A stretch of DNA of 60,014 bases from Eledone cirrhosa (taxonomy: Eukaryota): positions 1 to 60,014 of the forward strand of contig CAXHJY010000485.1 of assembly GCA_964016885.1 (NCBI GenBank), read 5' to 3'. The notes under the pieces were generated by a model. It made no database searches. It was not told the DNA's origin and saw nothing but the letters and a program-made list of their open reading frames with translations. The position numbers and the translations under genes were made by a program. This document shows, piece by piece, positions 12,131-23,792 of the stretch (position 1 is its first letter; each line of letters starts with the position of its first letter).

Positions 12131-12788
12131 CGATGCTGTTTACTTGAGAGAAGACTACATTGGTATGGTCATGTGATGCGCATGAAAGACGACAGCTGCA
12201 TAAAAAAGTGCAGGGCGACCAAAATTGATGGTAGTTACGGAGTAGGTAGACCCAGAAAAACCTGGGACGATCTGATAGATTCCGACCGTACACACTTGCA
12301 CCTCTCTAAGACAATGTCACTGGACCAAGATCTTTGGCGCTACGCAGTAATACAGAAGACCCGCCTTGCCTATGTACAAATCGAAACCTACAGTCAGTAG
12401 GCACCTCTTAACCAAATATACACCCCAATCCTCTACCCCTACCCTATCCTCCCACTCCCACCAACACCACTCTCTCTCTGTAAAGTTGGTACCACAACAT
12501 CCAGTCCAAATAAATGAGATAATGAGATCGAGATCCTGTAGATGTCACGACAAAAAAACACACAGTCCACGCTGTAATGTGGTCGTGTAGGTAACACGGT
12601 AAAAAGTTCCCAGTTCCACACTGTAAATGTGGTTGGTGTTAGGAAGGGCATCCAGCCGTAGAAAACCTGCCAGATAGTCATATATGAGCGAGACATGGTC
12701 ACACAACCAACCTTGACTCAAATTGGGACAACTCCCGTCTAACCCATGCTAGCGTGGAAGATGGACGTTAAACGATGATGATGATGAT
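12131..12788 (+). mobile_element. 5'-truncated RTE LINE (ORF C-terminus + 3' UTR + (GAT)n)
   Basis: RCCLLERRLHWYGHVMRMKDDSCIKKC...GRPRKTWDDLI, same family as 27738-30735. Confidence 0.9.
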
Positions 12789-12792
12789 ACAC

Positions 12793-13186
12793 ATCATCAT
12801 CATCATTATCATCATCATTTTACGTTCGCTTTTCCCTGCTTGCAAGAGTGGAACGGGAACTGATTCTGGCTTGATTTCTACAGCTGGATGCCCTTCCTAA
12901 TACCAATCTCATTTACAGTGAGTGCTGTGTGCTTTTTTTCCGTGGCGCCTACACGTCCACTTTATAGTGAGTGCTAGGTGCTTTTTTTTGCCGTGGCACC
13001 TCCACGACCACTTTGCAGTGGAATGATAGGGACCCCAGTCCCTATCATCTCATTTCTACAGCTGAGTAAACTGAAGCAATGTGAAATAAAGTGTCTTACT
13101 CAAGAACACAACACATCACCCGGTCTGATAATTGTACTCACAACCTTTCGATTGCAAGGCCAATGCTCTAACCACTAAGCCTCCAT
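12793..13186 (-). mobile_element. CORE-like tRNA-SINE
   Basis: Same family as 7446-7766 and 18656-18950. Confidence 0.85.
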
Positions 13187-13250
13187 ATATATATACTTGT
13201 ACATATATATAAATATATGTATATATATACACATGCATGTATAGATATAC

Positions 13251-13343
<93 letters not shown>

Positions 13344-13565
13344 TATGTATATACATATATATATATATACATATACATATATATGTATATACATATATAT
13401 ATATATATGTATATACATATATATATACATGTATATACATATATATATACATGTATATACATATATACTGTATATACATATATATATATATACATATATA
13501 TATATGTATATACATATATATATATATATGTATATACATATATATATACATATATATATATATAC

Positions 13566-13672
13566 CAGGGGCGAAGGATCCGTGCATACAGCGCATGCGT
13601 TATAGAATCTTGAGTTGATCAATTGCGTCGGTTGAAGGAAGCCGAACTTTGGCTGCTTACTAAAACGCGCGC

Positions 13673-13754
<82 letters not shown>

Positions 13755-13973
13755 GACAGCTTTGGGGCAATCAGAATTTTGACTGCTTACTAAATCGTAG
13801 ACACATAAAAAGATAACTCATACACACACACAGACACACTAGATAACGCTACATGCGGCTTTGACCAGGAGGGTCATTTAGAGGGAATTGGGGGGGGGGG
13901 GGCTGCCCAGCCCCACTTTCCGCCATGGCGATTGGACTGCATGCCCTGCTTTCCAGGTTACCCTTCGCCACTG
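13566..13973. mobile_element. hAT-like MITE inserted in TA-rich microsatellite
   Basis: TIRs CAGGGGCGAAGG / CCTTCGCCACTG; flanks ATATATAC / GTATATAC (7/8 match, 8-bp TSD). Confidence 0.7.
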
Positions 13974-14011
13974 GTATATACATATATATATACGTATATA
14001 CACATATATGT

Positions 14012-14100
<89 letters not shown>

Positions 14101-14149
14101 CATAAATATATATATATATATATAGATAGATATATATACATATAGAGAG

Positions 14150-14800
14150 CTTATACCACTATATACCACTATTGGCCGCTAAAGGGTTCTCTCTAAAAAG
14201 TGTGATGCCTGCATACGAACAGCGATGTTACATGGCAGTGAGACCTGGGCATTGTGTGCAGAGGATCTACACAGACTGCAGAGGAACGAAGCTTGCATGC
14301 TCCGCTGGATGTGTAATAGTAATATACGTGAACGGCAAAGCATAAACGAACTAAGGGAGAAATTAGGAATAAGAGGAATCAGATGCTGTTTACTCGAGAG
14401 AAGACTACGTTGGTATGGTCACGTGATGCGCATGAAAGACGACAGCTGTATAAAAAAGTGCAGGGCGATAAAATAGACGGTAGCCACGGAGTAGGCAGAT
14501 CCAGAAAAACCTGGGACGACTTGATAAATTCCGACCTCACACACTTACACCTCTCCAAGACAATGTCACTGGACCGAGATCTTTGGCGCTACACAGTAAT
14601 ACAGAAGACCTGCCTTACCTAAGTACAAAGTGAAACCTACTACAGCAGTAGGCACCTCTAACAAAAATACACCCCCGTCCCACTACCCCACCCCATCCAC
14701 ACCACCCCTTTCAATGTAAAGTTATGTTGGTACCACAACATCCAGCCCATCCAAACCCATGCAAGCGTGGAATATGGACGTTAAACGATGATGATGATGA
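14150..14800 (+). mobile_element. 5'-truncated RTE LINE fragment
   Basis: MLHGSETWALCAEDLHRLQRNEACMLRWMC...RLRWYGHVMRM plus 3' UTR and (GAT)n. Confidence 0.9.
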
Positions 14801-14944
14801 TATATATGTATATACATATATACATAAATATATATATAGATATATATACATATATATGTATATACATATATATATGTATATACACACATATATATATATA
14901 TATACATATATATATGCTTTAAGCATCCAACACCAATTATCTTC

Positions 14945-15930
14945 ATCGGTAACCTCGTGCCGCGTCCTCGTCAGCAGGGTTCTTCAAAACACAACAGAAC
15001 CCTCTGTGTTCAGAGAACGTGAGGCCGCCTGTGAGACGTGGGACCGGCTGGGACTTAGCCCAGTAGACGTCCCTCCTCCTTCTCCCCCTGTTGACGTCAA
15101 GTCCCCTCCCCCCCCAACGCACTTGGGATGCCATCCAGTGCAGCCTGGCCTCAGACAGGCTCACGCGCCAGCTCGACCAGCACCGCCTTGCTTGTTTTCA
15201 TGCGGCCTCCAAACCCCACAGTAGTGCCTAGCCTCATGCCCTGCCCTCCTTCTCCACTGGCACGCAGCTAGACAACCATAGCCTGCAAATCGGCGTTTCC
15301 CTGAGGCTCGGCCTCCGGATCTGCCAGCCACACCAATGTCTCTGCGGTTCCACCGTGGACTCTTTCGGCCTCCACCCGCTTTCCTGTCGCCACAGTGCCG
15401 GCCACATTCCACGCCATACTGCCCTCAACGAGGTCATTAAGCATGGCTTGGACTCTGCAGGCTTCCCTTCCCAGCTCAAGCCGGTGGGGCTGGATTGAGG
15501 GGATGGCAAAAGGCCAGATGGCATGACCATCTTCCCGTTCCGCGGTGGCAAACCTCTCGTCTGAGATGCCACTTGCACCGACACTTTCTGCAGCCGCAAC
15601 CTGGTGCAGTCAGCGACTGACCCAGGTTCTGCTGCACGTTGGGCTGAGGGGGCCAAACTCCTCAAATACCGGTCGCTCTTCGACAGGTTTGCGGTTGTAC
15701 CCCTGGCAGTGGAAACTTCTGGTGTCCTCGGCCCCAGGGCTACCTCCTTTACTCACCACCATAGGTGCTGAGCTGGCCAGCCGTAGGTGTTAGCCCCGCG
15801 AGTTGGAGTGGCTTTTCCAGCGCGTCTCCGTTGCCGTCCTCCGGGGAAACGCCTTCTACATTCTGTCCGCCGTGGCTGTGGGTGGGCCCCATCGCTTACC
15901 ATTACATTAGTTAAATACGTTTCAACAACA
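14945..15930 (+). pseudogene. CRE-like non-LTR retrotransposon C-terminus (Zn finger + restriction-like endonuclease)
   Basis: Own translation CQPHQCLCGSTVDSFGLHPLSC...RHTALNEVIK...[28 protein letters not shown]...KY...PLAVETSGVLG...WLFQRVSVAVLRGNA: the RH, RPD, D, KY, E-x-x-G and RGNA motifs of CRE-clade RLE; stops and frameshifts; GC-rich. Confidence 0.8.
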
Positions 15931-16144
15931 CACACAGTTATATATATGCATACATACATATATATGTATGTATATATATGGTGATGATTATAAATGAGAT
16001 GGTTGTTTCGTTAGACTCTGTAACTATCATCACTAAGAATTACAAATAAAACAAATTACATGTGTATGACAAAACAGTGTATAATGACATAAAAATATAA
16101 AATCATGAACAAAAATTATATATATATATATTTACATATATAAT

Positions 16145-16780
16145 CATCATCATCATCATCATCATCGTTTAACATCCATCTTCCACGCTTGCATGGGTTT
16201 GGACGGGAGTTTTCCCACTTGAGGCAAGATTGGTTGTCTTGCTCGTATAGGACTGTCTGGCGGGTTTTCTACAGCTGTATGCCCTTCCTAACACCAACCA
16301 CGTTTACAGTGTGGACTGGGAGGTTTTTACCGTTTTTTTGGTTTTTTTCGTGATACCTACACGACCTCATTTATTTCGGACTGGATGTTGTGGTACCAAC
16401 ATAACTTTACATCGAAAGGGGTGGTGTGGATGGGGTGGGGGTGGTGGGACGTGGGTGTATTTTTGTTAGAGGTGCCTACTGACTGTAGGTTTCGCTTTGT
16501 ACTTAGGCAAGGTGGGTCGTCTGTATTACTGTGTAGCGCCAAAGATCTCGGTCCAGTGACATTATCTTGGAGAGGTGTAAGTGTGTGAGGTCGGAATTTA
16601 TCAAGTCGTCCCAGGTTTTTCTGGGTCTGCCTATTCCGTGGCTACCGTCTATTTTTATCGCCCTGCACTTTTTTATACAGCTGTCGTCTTTCATGCGCAT
16701 CACGTGACCATACCAACGTAGTCTTCTCTCGAGTAAACAACATCTGATTCCTCTTATTCCTAATTTCTCCCTTAGTTCAT
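16145..16780 (-). mobile_element. 5'-truncated RTE LINE fragment
   Basis: MRMKDDSCIKKCRAIKIDGSHGIGRPRKTWDDLINSD; near copy of 14350-14800 in opposite orientation. Confidence 0.9.
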
Positions 16781-16941
16781 TATATATATATTGTTACGCT
16801 TTGGGAGGGTCATGTTGCCAATAAGAAACACACACACCAGTTACTTTCACTCCATTTTATTATAAGTTAAATTTATAAATTTAAGAATTTATAAATTTCC
16901 GGTTGGTTGGTTCCACAACCAGACGGTTGTTCATAAACGAA

Positions 16942-16974
<33 letters not shown>

Positions 16975-17013
16975 TACAAATATTAATAAAATAGATGTTC
17001 TTTTTATCAATTA

Positions 17014-17068
17014 CATTTTATTATACATATTTCAGATGTACAACAGTACGTCCTCATCAGACAAAATA
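17014..17068 (-). ncRNA. Type I hammerhead ribozyme motif
   Basis: Minus: TATTTTGT-CTGATGA-GGACGTAC-TGTT-GTACATCT-GAAA-TATGT-ATA|ATAAAATG; 8-bp stem I with G-U pairs. Confidence 0.8.
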
Positions 17069-17420
17069 TAATGATACATGACATACCCTGAGATGTTAAA
17101 TAGTTAAGATTTAATCAAGGTAGAACATCTATTTTATTAATATTTGTATTTTAATATTAATAACTCTGGAAAATTATTTTCCATAGAGTGCTTCCAATCT
17201 ACTGTAAAACTCATTCTTATATATATATATAAATATTAAAGAGTTAAACAAGATTCAATGAGTATATCAAAGAATGAGTTTTACAGTAGATTGGAATCAC
17301 TCTATGGAAAATAATTTTCCAGAGTTATTAATATTAAAATACGAATATTAATAAAATAGATGTTCTACCTTTATTAAATCTTAACTATTTAACATCTCAG
17401 CATATGTCATGTATCATTAT

Positions 17421-18007
17421 CCTCTTAGATAGACACTTCTCCATAGGTCATAAATACCGCTCCATCTTTAACCGACACAAAGTTAAACTAGGATACTCCT
17501 GCGCTAAGAACATGAAGGCCCACATCACCAGCAGCCCTAGGAGCAACACCCCACCAGGGTGTTCTTGCCATAAGCCTGAAGCTTGCCCCCTTCAACAGCA
17601 ATGCAACACACCAGCTGTAATCTATGAAGCTGTGGTCACTTCCAACCGACCAAACGAACTACAGGAGGTCAAATCCTTGTGGCATGACGGAGGGCCGATT
17701 CAAGGAGCGTTTCCTGAACCACCAGTCTACCTTCAGATACCCGGACAGACGTTCATCCACGAAACTCGCAAGTCACGTATGGTCCCCCAAGGACTCAAGT
17801 ATAGGCTACTCCATTCAATGGAATGCCATCACTAAGTCCAAGCCATACGCAAGGGGAAATCCGACGTGTGGCTTATGTATTGACGAACGAATAACTATCC
17901 TAACGAAATTACGCAATAGTGATTGCCTAAACACAAGAAGTGAATTTTTCACACGTTGTCCACACGTCACCAAACATCTATTGCATAACTACAAGGCTCC
18001 CGACTGA
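17421..18007 (+). pseudogene. Penelope-like (Naiad-type) GIY-YIG endonuclease C-terminal region, one frameshift
   Basis: LLDRHF...IFNRHKVKLGYSCAKNM...CSCHKPEACPLQQQC...VIYEAVV.../GMTEGRFKERFLNHQSTF...STKLASHVW...CGLCIDER...LNTRSEFFTRCPH; frameshift near 17673 in the YIG motif. Confidence 0.85.
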
Positions 18008-18189
18008 TTCTTTGTAATTTTATTTTTAATTTTTTTATTTTATTTTCAACCTAAAAACTTTCCGGACTTTCGCAGTTATCTCCCTTACACCTCCCGCACG
18101 CAGTCTAGTATTGCCTGAGTGAAGTGACCGAGTTTCTGCGCATGCACGTTCGTACGGTTGTCCTTCCTGTTCCTATAACCATACACATC

Positions 18190-18229
18190 CCGAGCTGAAG
18201 ATCCGCGAAGGTGAAACAATTGTTCTCGG
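18190..18229 (+). ncRNA. Minimal type I hammerhead in the PLE 3' region (pLTR)
   Basis: CCGAG-CTGAAGA-TCCGCGAAGGT-GAA-ACAATTGT-T|CTCGG; perfect stem I, palindromic stem III; ~180 bp downstream of the GIY-YIG stop on the same strand. Confidence 0.85.
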
Positions 18230-18326
18230 TATGGTGAACTAACTGTTGTGTAACCACTTCTACCTAACTCGTCCCTTGGACTGAGTGCTCTACCACTATG
18301 GATATTACCTTCCAGTATTCCACCAC

Positions 18327-18407
<81 letters not shown>

Positions 18408-18655
18408 CGAAGGAAATGTGGTAAGGAACCAGGTGGACCATAACGCACCAAAGTACTCAATACTTAGGGTAGTAGAGTGGGTAATAGGAACAAGTAAGAC
18501 CCCGACGGCTGAGCTCAAGCCTTAGCCGTCGAAACGGCTTGAGCTCATATATATATATGTGCTTTAAGCATCCAACACCAATTATATATATATATAATAT
18601 AATATAATATATAATATATATTTACAAATATATATATATGTATGTATGTATTTAT

Positions 18656-18950
18656 GGAGGCACATGGCTTAGTGGTTAGAGCATTGACCTTGCAATCGAA
18701 ATATAAAGGTTGTGAGTTCAATTCTCAGACCGGGTGATGTGTTGTTTCCTTGAGCAAGACACTTTATTTCACATTGCTCCAGTTTACTGCAAAGTGGACG
18801 TGTAGGCGCCATGGAAAAAAAGCACCCAGCGCTCACTGTAAATGAGGTTGGTGTCAGGAAGGGCATCCAGCTGTAGAAATCAAGCCAGAATCAGTCCCCG
18901 TCCCACTCTTGCAAGCAGGGAAAAGTGGATATAAAATGATGATGATGATG
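18656..18950 (+). mobile_element. CORE-like tRNA-SINE
   Basis: A box TGGCTTAGTGG, B-box-like GAGTTCAATTC, CORE-like body, RTE-type tail with (GAT)n. Confidence 0.88.
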
Positions 18951-18961
18951 ATATATAAATA

Positions 18962-19062
18962 CAGGATGTCCAAAAAAAATGTATACACACGTTAATTATC
19001 AGTACAGGCAATATTTATTAGAATGCTGTTGAAATGTGAATACATTTTTTTAGGACATCCTG
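18962..19062. mobile_element. Tc1/mariner-type MITE (101 bp)
   Basis: TIRs CAGGATGTCCAAAAAAAATGTATACAC / GTGAATACATTTTTTTAGGACATCCTG flanked by TA on both sides. Confidence 0.8.
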
Positions 19063-19813
19063 TATATATATAGAGTGAGAGGAGGGGGAGTAAGACAAGA
19101 TTTATGAAATTGACATATGCATGTAGTTAATATATTAATGGAGATATGAAGAAATGACAATATGGTGGAGTTGGGCCACTACATCACAAATCTAACCTCT
19201 TCCTACTACTCTTCTTACTCCACCTGTCCTCCTTCCATCACTCCCACCACCACCATCATCATCATCATCATCATCACCATCATCACCTCAACCACCACCA
19301 CTACCATCATCAACGTTAGTATCATCATGACCTCACCACCACCATCATCATTAACATTATTACCATCACCATCATCATCATCATCATCATTACTATCACC
19401 ATCATCACTATCATCATCATTTAACGGCCATTTTTCTATACTGGTATAAATTGACCGGGTCAGGCTGTCACTAACCAAGTCCATGATTAATTTTAATCCA
19501 TAGCTACTGTCCTCCCAGACAGGACTCCCCCCACATCCGCCACCCACCCCGGGGTTAGAGGGGTGGGATATATCTCATTTCCATACATTCACCCCCACCC
19601 CATTACAGATTTGACATCGTTTCTACAGCTGAGACTTTCATTATAATAAACTGAAAAATGGTGGAGTATGTATGGACAAGGAGTCCCCCACCTCTCTCTC
19701 TCTCCACTTCTTCTCTCTCTCCACTTCTCTCACTCACTCTCTCTCTCTCTCTCTCTTCACTCCTTCTCTCTCTCCTCTGTCTCTTTCTCCACTCTCCACT
19801 CTTTCTCCTCTAC

Positions 19814-19889
<76 letters not shown>

Positions 19890-20062
19890 AATACCATTAG
19901 GAAATGAATGAAAGTCACACGTATGACTTAGTAGTATGTCCCATGTAATGACAATCAGACATGGACACTGTCTTGGCCCTCTCTCTGCCTTGATTCAGCA
20001 CAACATCCAGGATGTGACAGCTGGAAGGGGGAAGAGAGCTTCACCAGCATTGAGCTGGTACT

Positions 20063-20553
20063 TGGGGTTGGATTTAGACCTTGGGAGTCCCGGACACTTC
20101 AGGTTTGAGGGGCCCTTCATAATTTTACATATAAAGTTGACTTGGCGCAACTAATTGGATTTGAAAAGTTATACATACAAGTAGTAAATTTTAAAAATCC
20201 AGCCATCCTCATTTCATGTCCACTTCCCACAATGGCATGTGTTGGACAGGTTGTCACAGTCCAAGACCAGACATATTAAAGTGACGTCATCTTGCTCATA
20301 CATTACATATTTGGCATGGTTTCTATGGCTGGATGTCCTTCCTAACATAACCACTTTAGAATGTTTACTAGGTACATTGTTTTTGCAATACCAACACAAC
20401 TACTTTACACAGTTGACTCGGTATATTCTAAAAAGCCCAGTTGAGGGCATAAATAAATTGCTACAGCTGTCGCTGGTGCCCCCCACCCCACCTCCACCCT
20501 CTACAGGGGGCCTGGGGCAATTGCCCCCTTTGCCGCCATTAAATCCAGCCCTG
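20063..20553. mobile_element. hAT-like MITE with 8-bp TSD, inserted in a SINE
   Basis: TSD CTGGTACT at 20055-20062 and 20554-20561; ends TGGGGTTGGATTTA / TAAATCCAGCCCTG. Confidence 0.75.
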
Positions 20554-20747
20554 CTGGTACTTTATTTATCAACCCCAATTGGATGAAAGGCAAAGTGGAC
20601 ATAGGCAGGATTTGAACTCAGAACACAGAGATCAGGAACAAATACCCTAGACTCTAACAACTTTGCCAAATCAAACAGCTTACTGTGGTATTATACCAAT
20701 ACCGAAAGAACTTTTTATTGAAATCTTCACTAGAAGATAGCTTCATG

Positions 20748-21165
20748 TCTAAAGTCTAAAAAGTCTAAAGTCTGTCTTGAGCCAAGAGGCTTACCAAGTT
20801 GGTGCTTATCCTAGTTTCCATGGTGAAGTGACTGAGAGTACAAGGCTCCTCCTTGGACAGGACACCTGTCCAGTCCAGTGTTTATCTCGGTTTCCATGGC
20901 ATGAAGCGACTGAGAGTACAAGTCTCTCCCCTGGACAGGACTCCAGTCCATCACAGAGTTAAACCTCCAGCTATTGCTGGTACTCATTTTCAGTTGAGTA
21001 TACTGGAGCAACGTGAAATGAAGTGTTTTGCTCAAGAATACAACACACAACCCGGTCCAAGAATCGAACCCAGAACATTATGATCAGAAATCTCACATCC
21101 TTACCACTAGGCCACACACCTCCACATAGTCCAACATCCTTACCACTAGGCCACACACCTCCACA
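20748..21165 (-). mobile_element. tRNA-derived SINE, second tail type (CORE/V-like body, (AGACTTT)n tail) with internal duplications
   Basis: Minus: TGGCCTAGTGG (A box, duplicated), GGTTCGATTC (B box), GATGGACTGGAGTCCTGTCCAGGG, tail AGACTTTAGACTTT. Confidence 0.7.
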
Positions 21166-21840
21166 AAAGCAATTTTTAGAGATTCTTATCAGAAACTTTT
21201 AATTGAAATCTTCAGTAGAAAATAGTTTCATGTATTCCATGGTTAATCTTTACATACATCTTACACAAATCCTCTATTTCTTTCTCTCATTTATTGTGTG
21301 TATGAGAGAGTATGTATGTGTATGTGTGTGTGTGTGTGCATGTGTGTATGTATGCATGTGTGCATGTGTGAATGCATATGTATATATATATATATTTACA
21401 TACACATATACAAGTGTAGTAGTGTATGTATATACAAGTATAGTTTTGTGTATATACAACACAAAAGAGGATGAAGTACAATTAAGATATACATTAGTTT
21501 CATGATTAATATAGTAGAAAAAGTCTAAACGTTTTGGACACTAGTCCTTCATCAGAAAATAGAATGAGAAATTAAAGAAGAAATAGAAAGCTAGAAGAGA
21601 GTGAGAAGGGGTAGACATATGTGTGTGTGTGTGTGTTATTGATTATATATTTTTAAAAAGCTGTGCTACTTTCATAAACTACTAATACAATGTATTAATA
21701 TATATAAATTACCTCTATATATACACATCAAGGGATCATTCTTTCAATAAAACAAAACCAAACTCAAACAACTATGTATGTATATATACAGTATATGTGT
21801 ATGCTAGCATGGAAGATGGACGTATGATGATGATATATAT

Positions 21841-22285
21841 ATAATTAACAAATAGTTTTATCGTTCTACATGGCCAAATACAAGAAATGTAAATCTGAGT
21901 TTTTCGAATATTAATGATAATAATCGATTCGTTTGCAAATATGCAAACAGCCTCTAAAGCCATGTGAGTAGAACGACCTTGTCATTCTTGCTCTTGTGTT
22001 GGCATATAGACACAACGGCAGACACTAATGTTTCTGGGTTATTACCCTTCATCAATACCATACACTGTTTACCTGCCAACTGTCAGAGCTAGTGAAAATA
22101 TATCATATTTTCTGGAATATACAGTAACTGATCGGCCTGATTTGCATATCAGCAGATAGGCCAGTTAGTTTTATGCATAGGAGCGATTAATGGCCAGCTT
22201 TGTCATAGTCAAATAATTAACAAATAGTTTTATCGCTCTACATGGTTGAATACCAAAAATGTAAATCTGAGTTTTTCGAATATTG
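21841..22285 (-). mobile_element. 372-bp unit with ~72-bp terminal direct repeat (pLTR/retrozyme-like)
   Basis: ATAATTAACAAATAGTTTTATCG...TGTAAATCTGAGTTTTTCGAATATT at 21841 and 22213; contains a hammerhead. Confidence 0.65.
22015..22061 (-). ncRNA. Type I hammerhead motif (C3U variant)
   Basis: Minus: ATGGTA-TTGATGA-AGGGT-AATA-ACCCA-GAAA-CATTAGT-GTC|TGCCGT. Confidence 0.65.
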
Positions 22286-22529
22286 AGGTCATTTTACTCA
22301 CATGGCTTAAGAGGCTGTTTGCATAATTGCAAGTGAATCAAATATTATTATTAATCATCATCATCTTCATAATTATCGTCGTTTAACGTCCATTTTCCAC
22401 ACTAGCATGGGTTAGACGAGCTGTCCCGTTGTAAGACAAACTAGGTTGGGTGACCTTGTTTTCCTCACACAGAACTAATTTTGACTTGGTTTCTATAGCT
22501 GTATAGCCTTGTATATATATATATATATT

Positions 22530-22765
22530 GTTCCAGTTTACTCAGCTGTAGAAATGAGATGGTAGGGACTGGGGTCCCTATCATTCCACTGTAAAGTGGT
22601 CATGGAGGTGCCACAGCAAAAAAGCACCTAGCACTCACTGTAAAGGAGGTTGGTGTTAGGAAGGGCATCCAGCTGTAGAAATCAAGCCAGAATCAGTTCC
22701 CGTCCCACCCTTGCAAGCAGGGAAAAGCGGACGTAAAATGATGATGATGATGATGATGATGATGA
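22530..22765 (+). mobile_element. 5'-truncated CORE-like SINE
   Basis: Body and (GAT)n tail as in 18656-18950. Confidence 0.8.
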
Positions 22766-23309
22766 TATATGTGTGTGTTGTAGGTGTATAACATAATTGT
22801 TTCTACTTTAGGCACAAGGCCAGCAATTACTCAGTGCATTACTGGTACTTTATTTTATCGACCCCGTAAGGATGAAAGGCAAAGTCAACCTCGGCGGGAT
22901 TTGAACTCAGATCGTAAAGGGACGTAACTATGCTGGTAGGCATGGCGTCCGACCCTCTACTGATTCTGCCAATCCACAACATAATGCCACTCTCTCATCT
23001 TGTTAAAAATACCATCTTCTATTCTTCTCCAGTGTCTTTACAGAGCTTTGAAGGACTTGTTTCTTTAGTTTTAATTACTTCATATTCCTCACCTGCAGCC
23101 TCTCACCACACACACATACACAGACACGTGCACACGCACACAGACACACACATTGCCAGCTCCTGATTAAATAAACAGAACATCATCTGCTCAGTCTTTC
23201 GTTCCCCCTCACACACTATCTCTCTCTATATATATATATATATACACACACACACATGCATATACATTATACACACATATATATGTGTGTATGTGTGTAC
23301 TGTATATGC

Positions 23310-23361
<52 letters not shown>

Positions 23362-23710
23362 ACACAAATATATATACCTATATATCATATATATATATAG
23401 AGAGAGAGGGAGAAGGAGAGAGACAGACAGGGCAGATAGATAGATAGATAGATATGTGTGCACATATACACCCACACACACACAAATATGTGTGTACCCA
23501 TTCCGCTCGCCCCCCCCCCCCTCTCTCACACACACTGTTACTTCCATTTATCTGCCTCAAGATATACATTCCCCCAACACACCCATGAAACCATCCAAAC
23601 CCAGTGAGATGTGAAGACATCCATAAATCTCCCTTTCTATCCAACCAATCAGTGAAATCCAATAATTCCCACTAAATATTACTATTATTGTTTTGTATTT
23701 TTAATTAGGA

Positions 23711-23792
<82 letters not shown>

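Noticed and set aside
11756-12400. 214-aa ORF as a gene
   Set aside because: Chance fusion of a hammerhead-bearing insert, a TA microsatellite and an RTE C-terminus.
13116-13754. Many long ORFs rich in YI/VC/HT/LS dipeptides (here and throughout)
   Set aside because: Translations of (TA)n, (GT)n, (CATA)n and (CT)n microsatellites, which lack stops by construction.
17421-18310. Selenoprotein/SECIS as reported for some Naiad PLEs
   Set aside because: No in-frame TGA at Cys positions in the visible fragment and no convincing SECIS seen by eye.
18500-18546. Nested hairpins with GAAAC as a hammerhead
   Set aside because: The CUGANGA half is absent; probably a snap-back remnant.
19215-19547. Acidic/Met-rich ORF
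   Set aside because: Translation of a degenerate (CAT/CAC)n tail of an RTE-type repeat.
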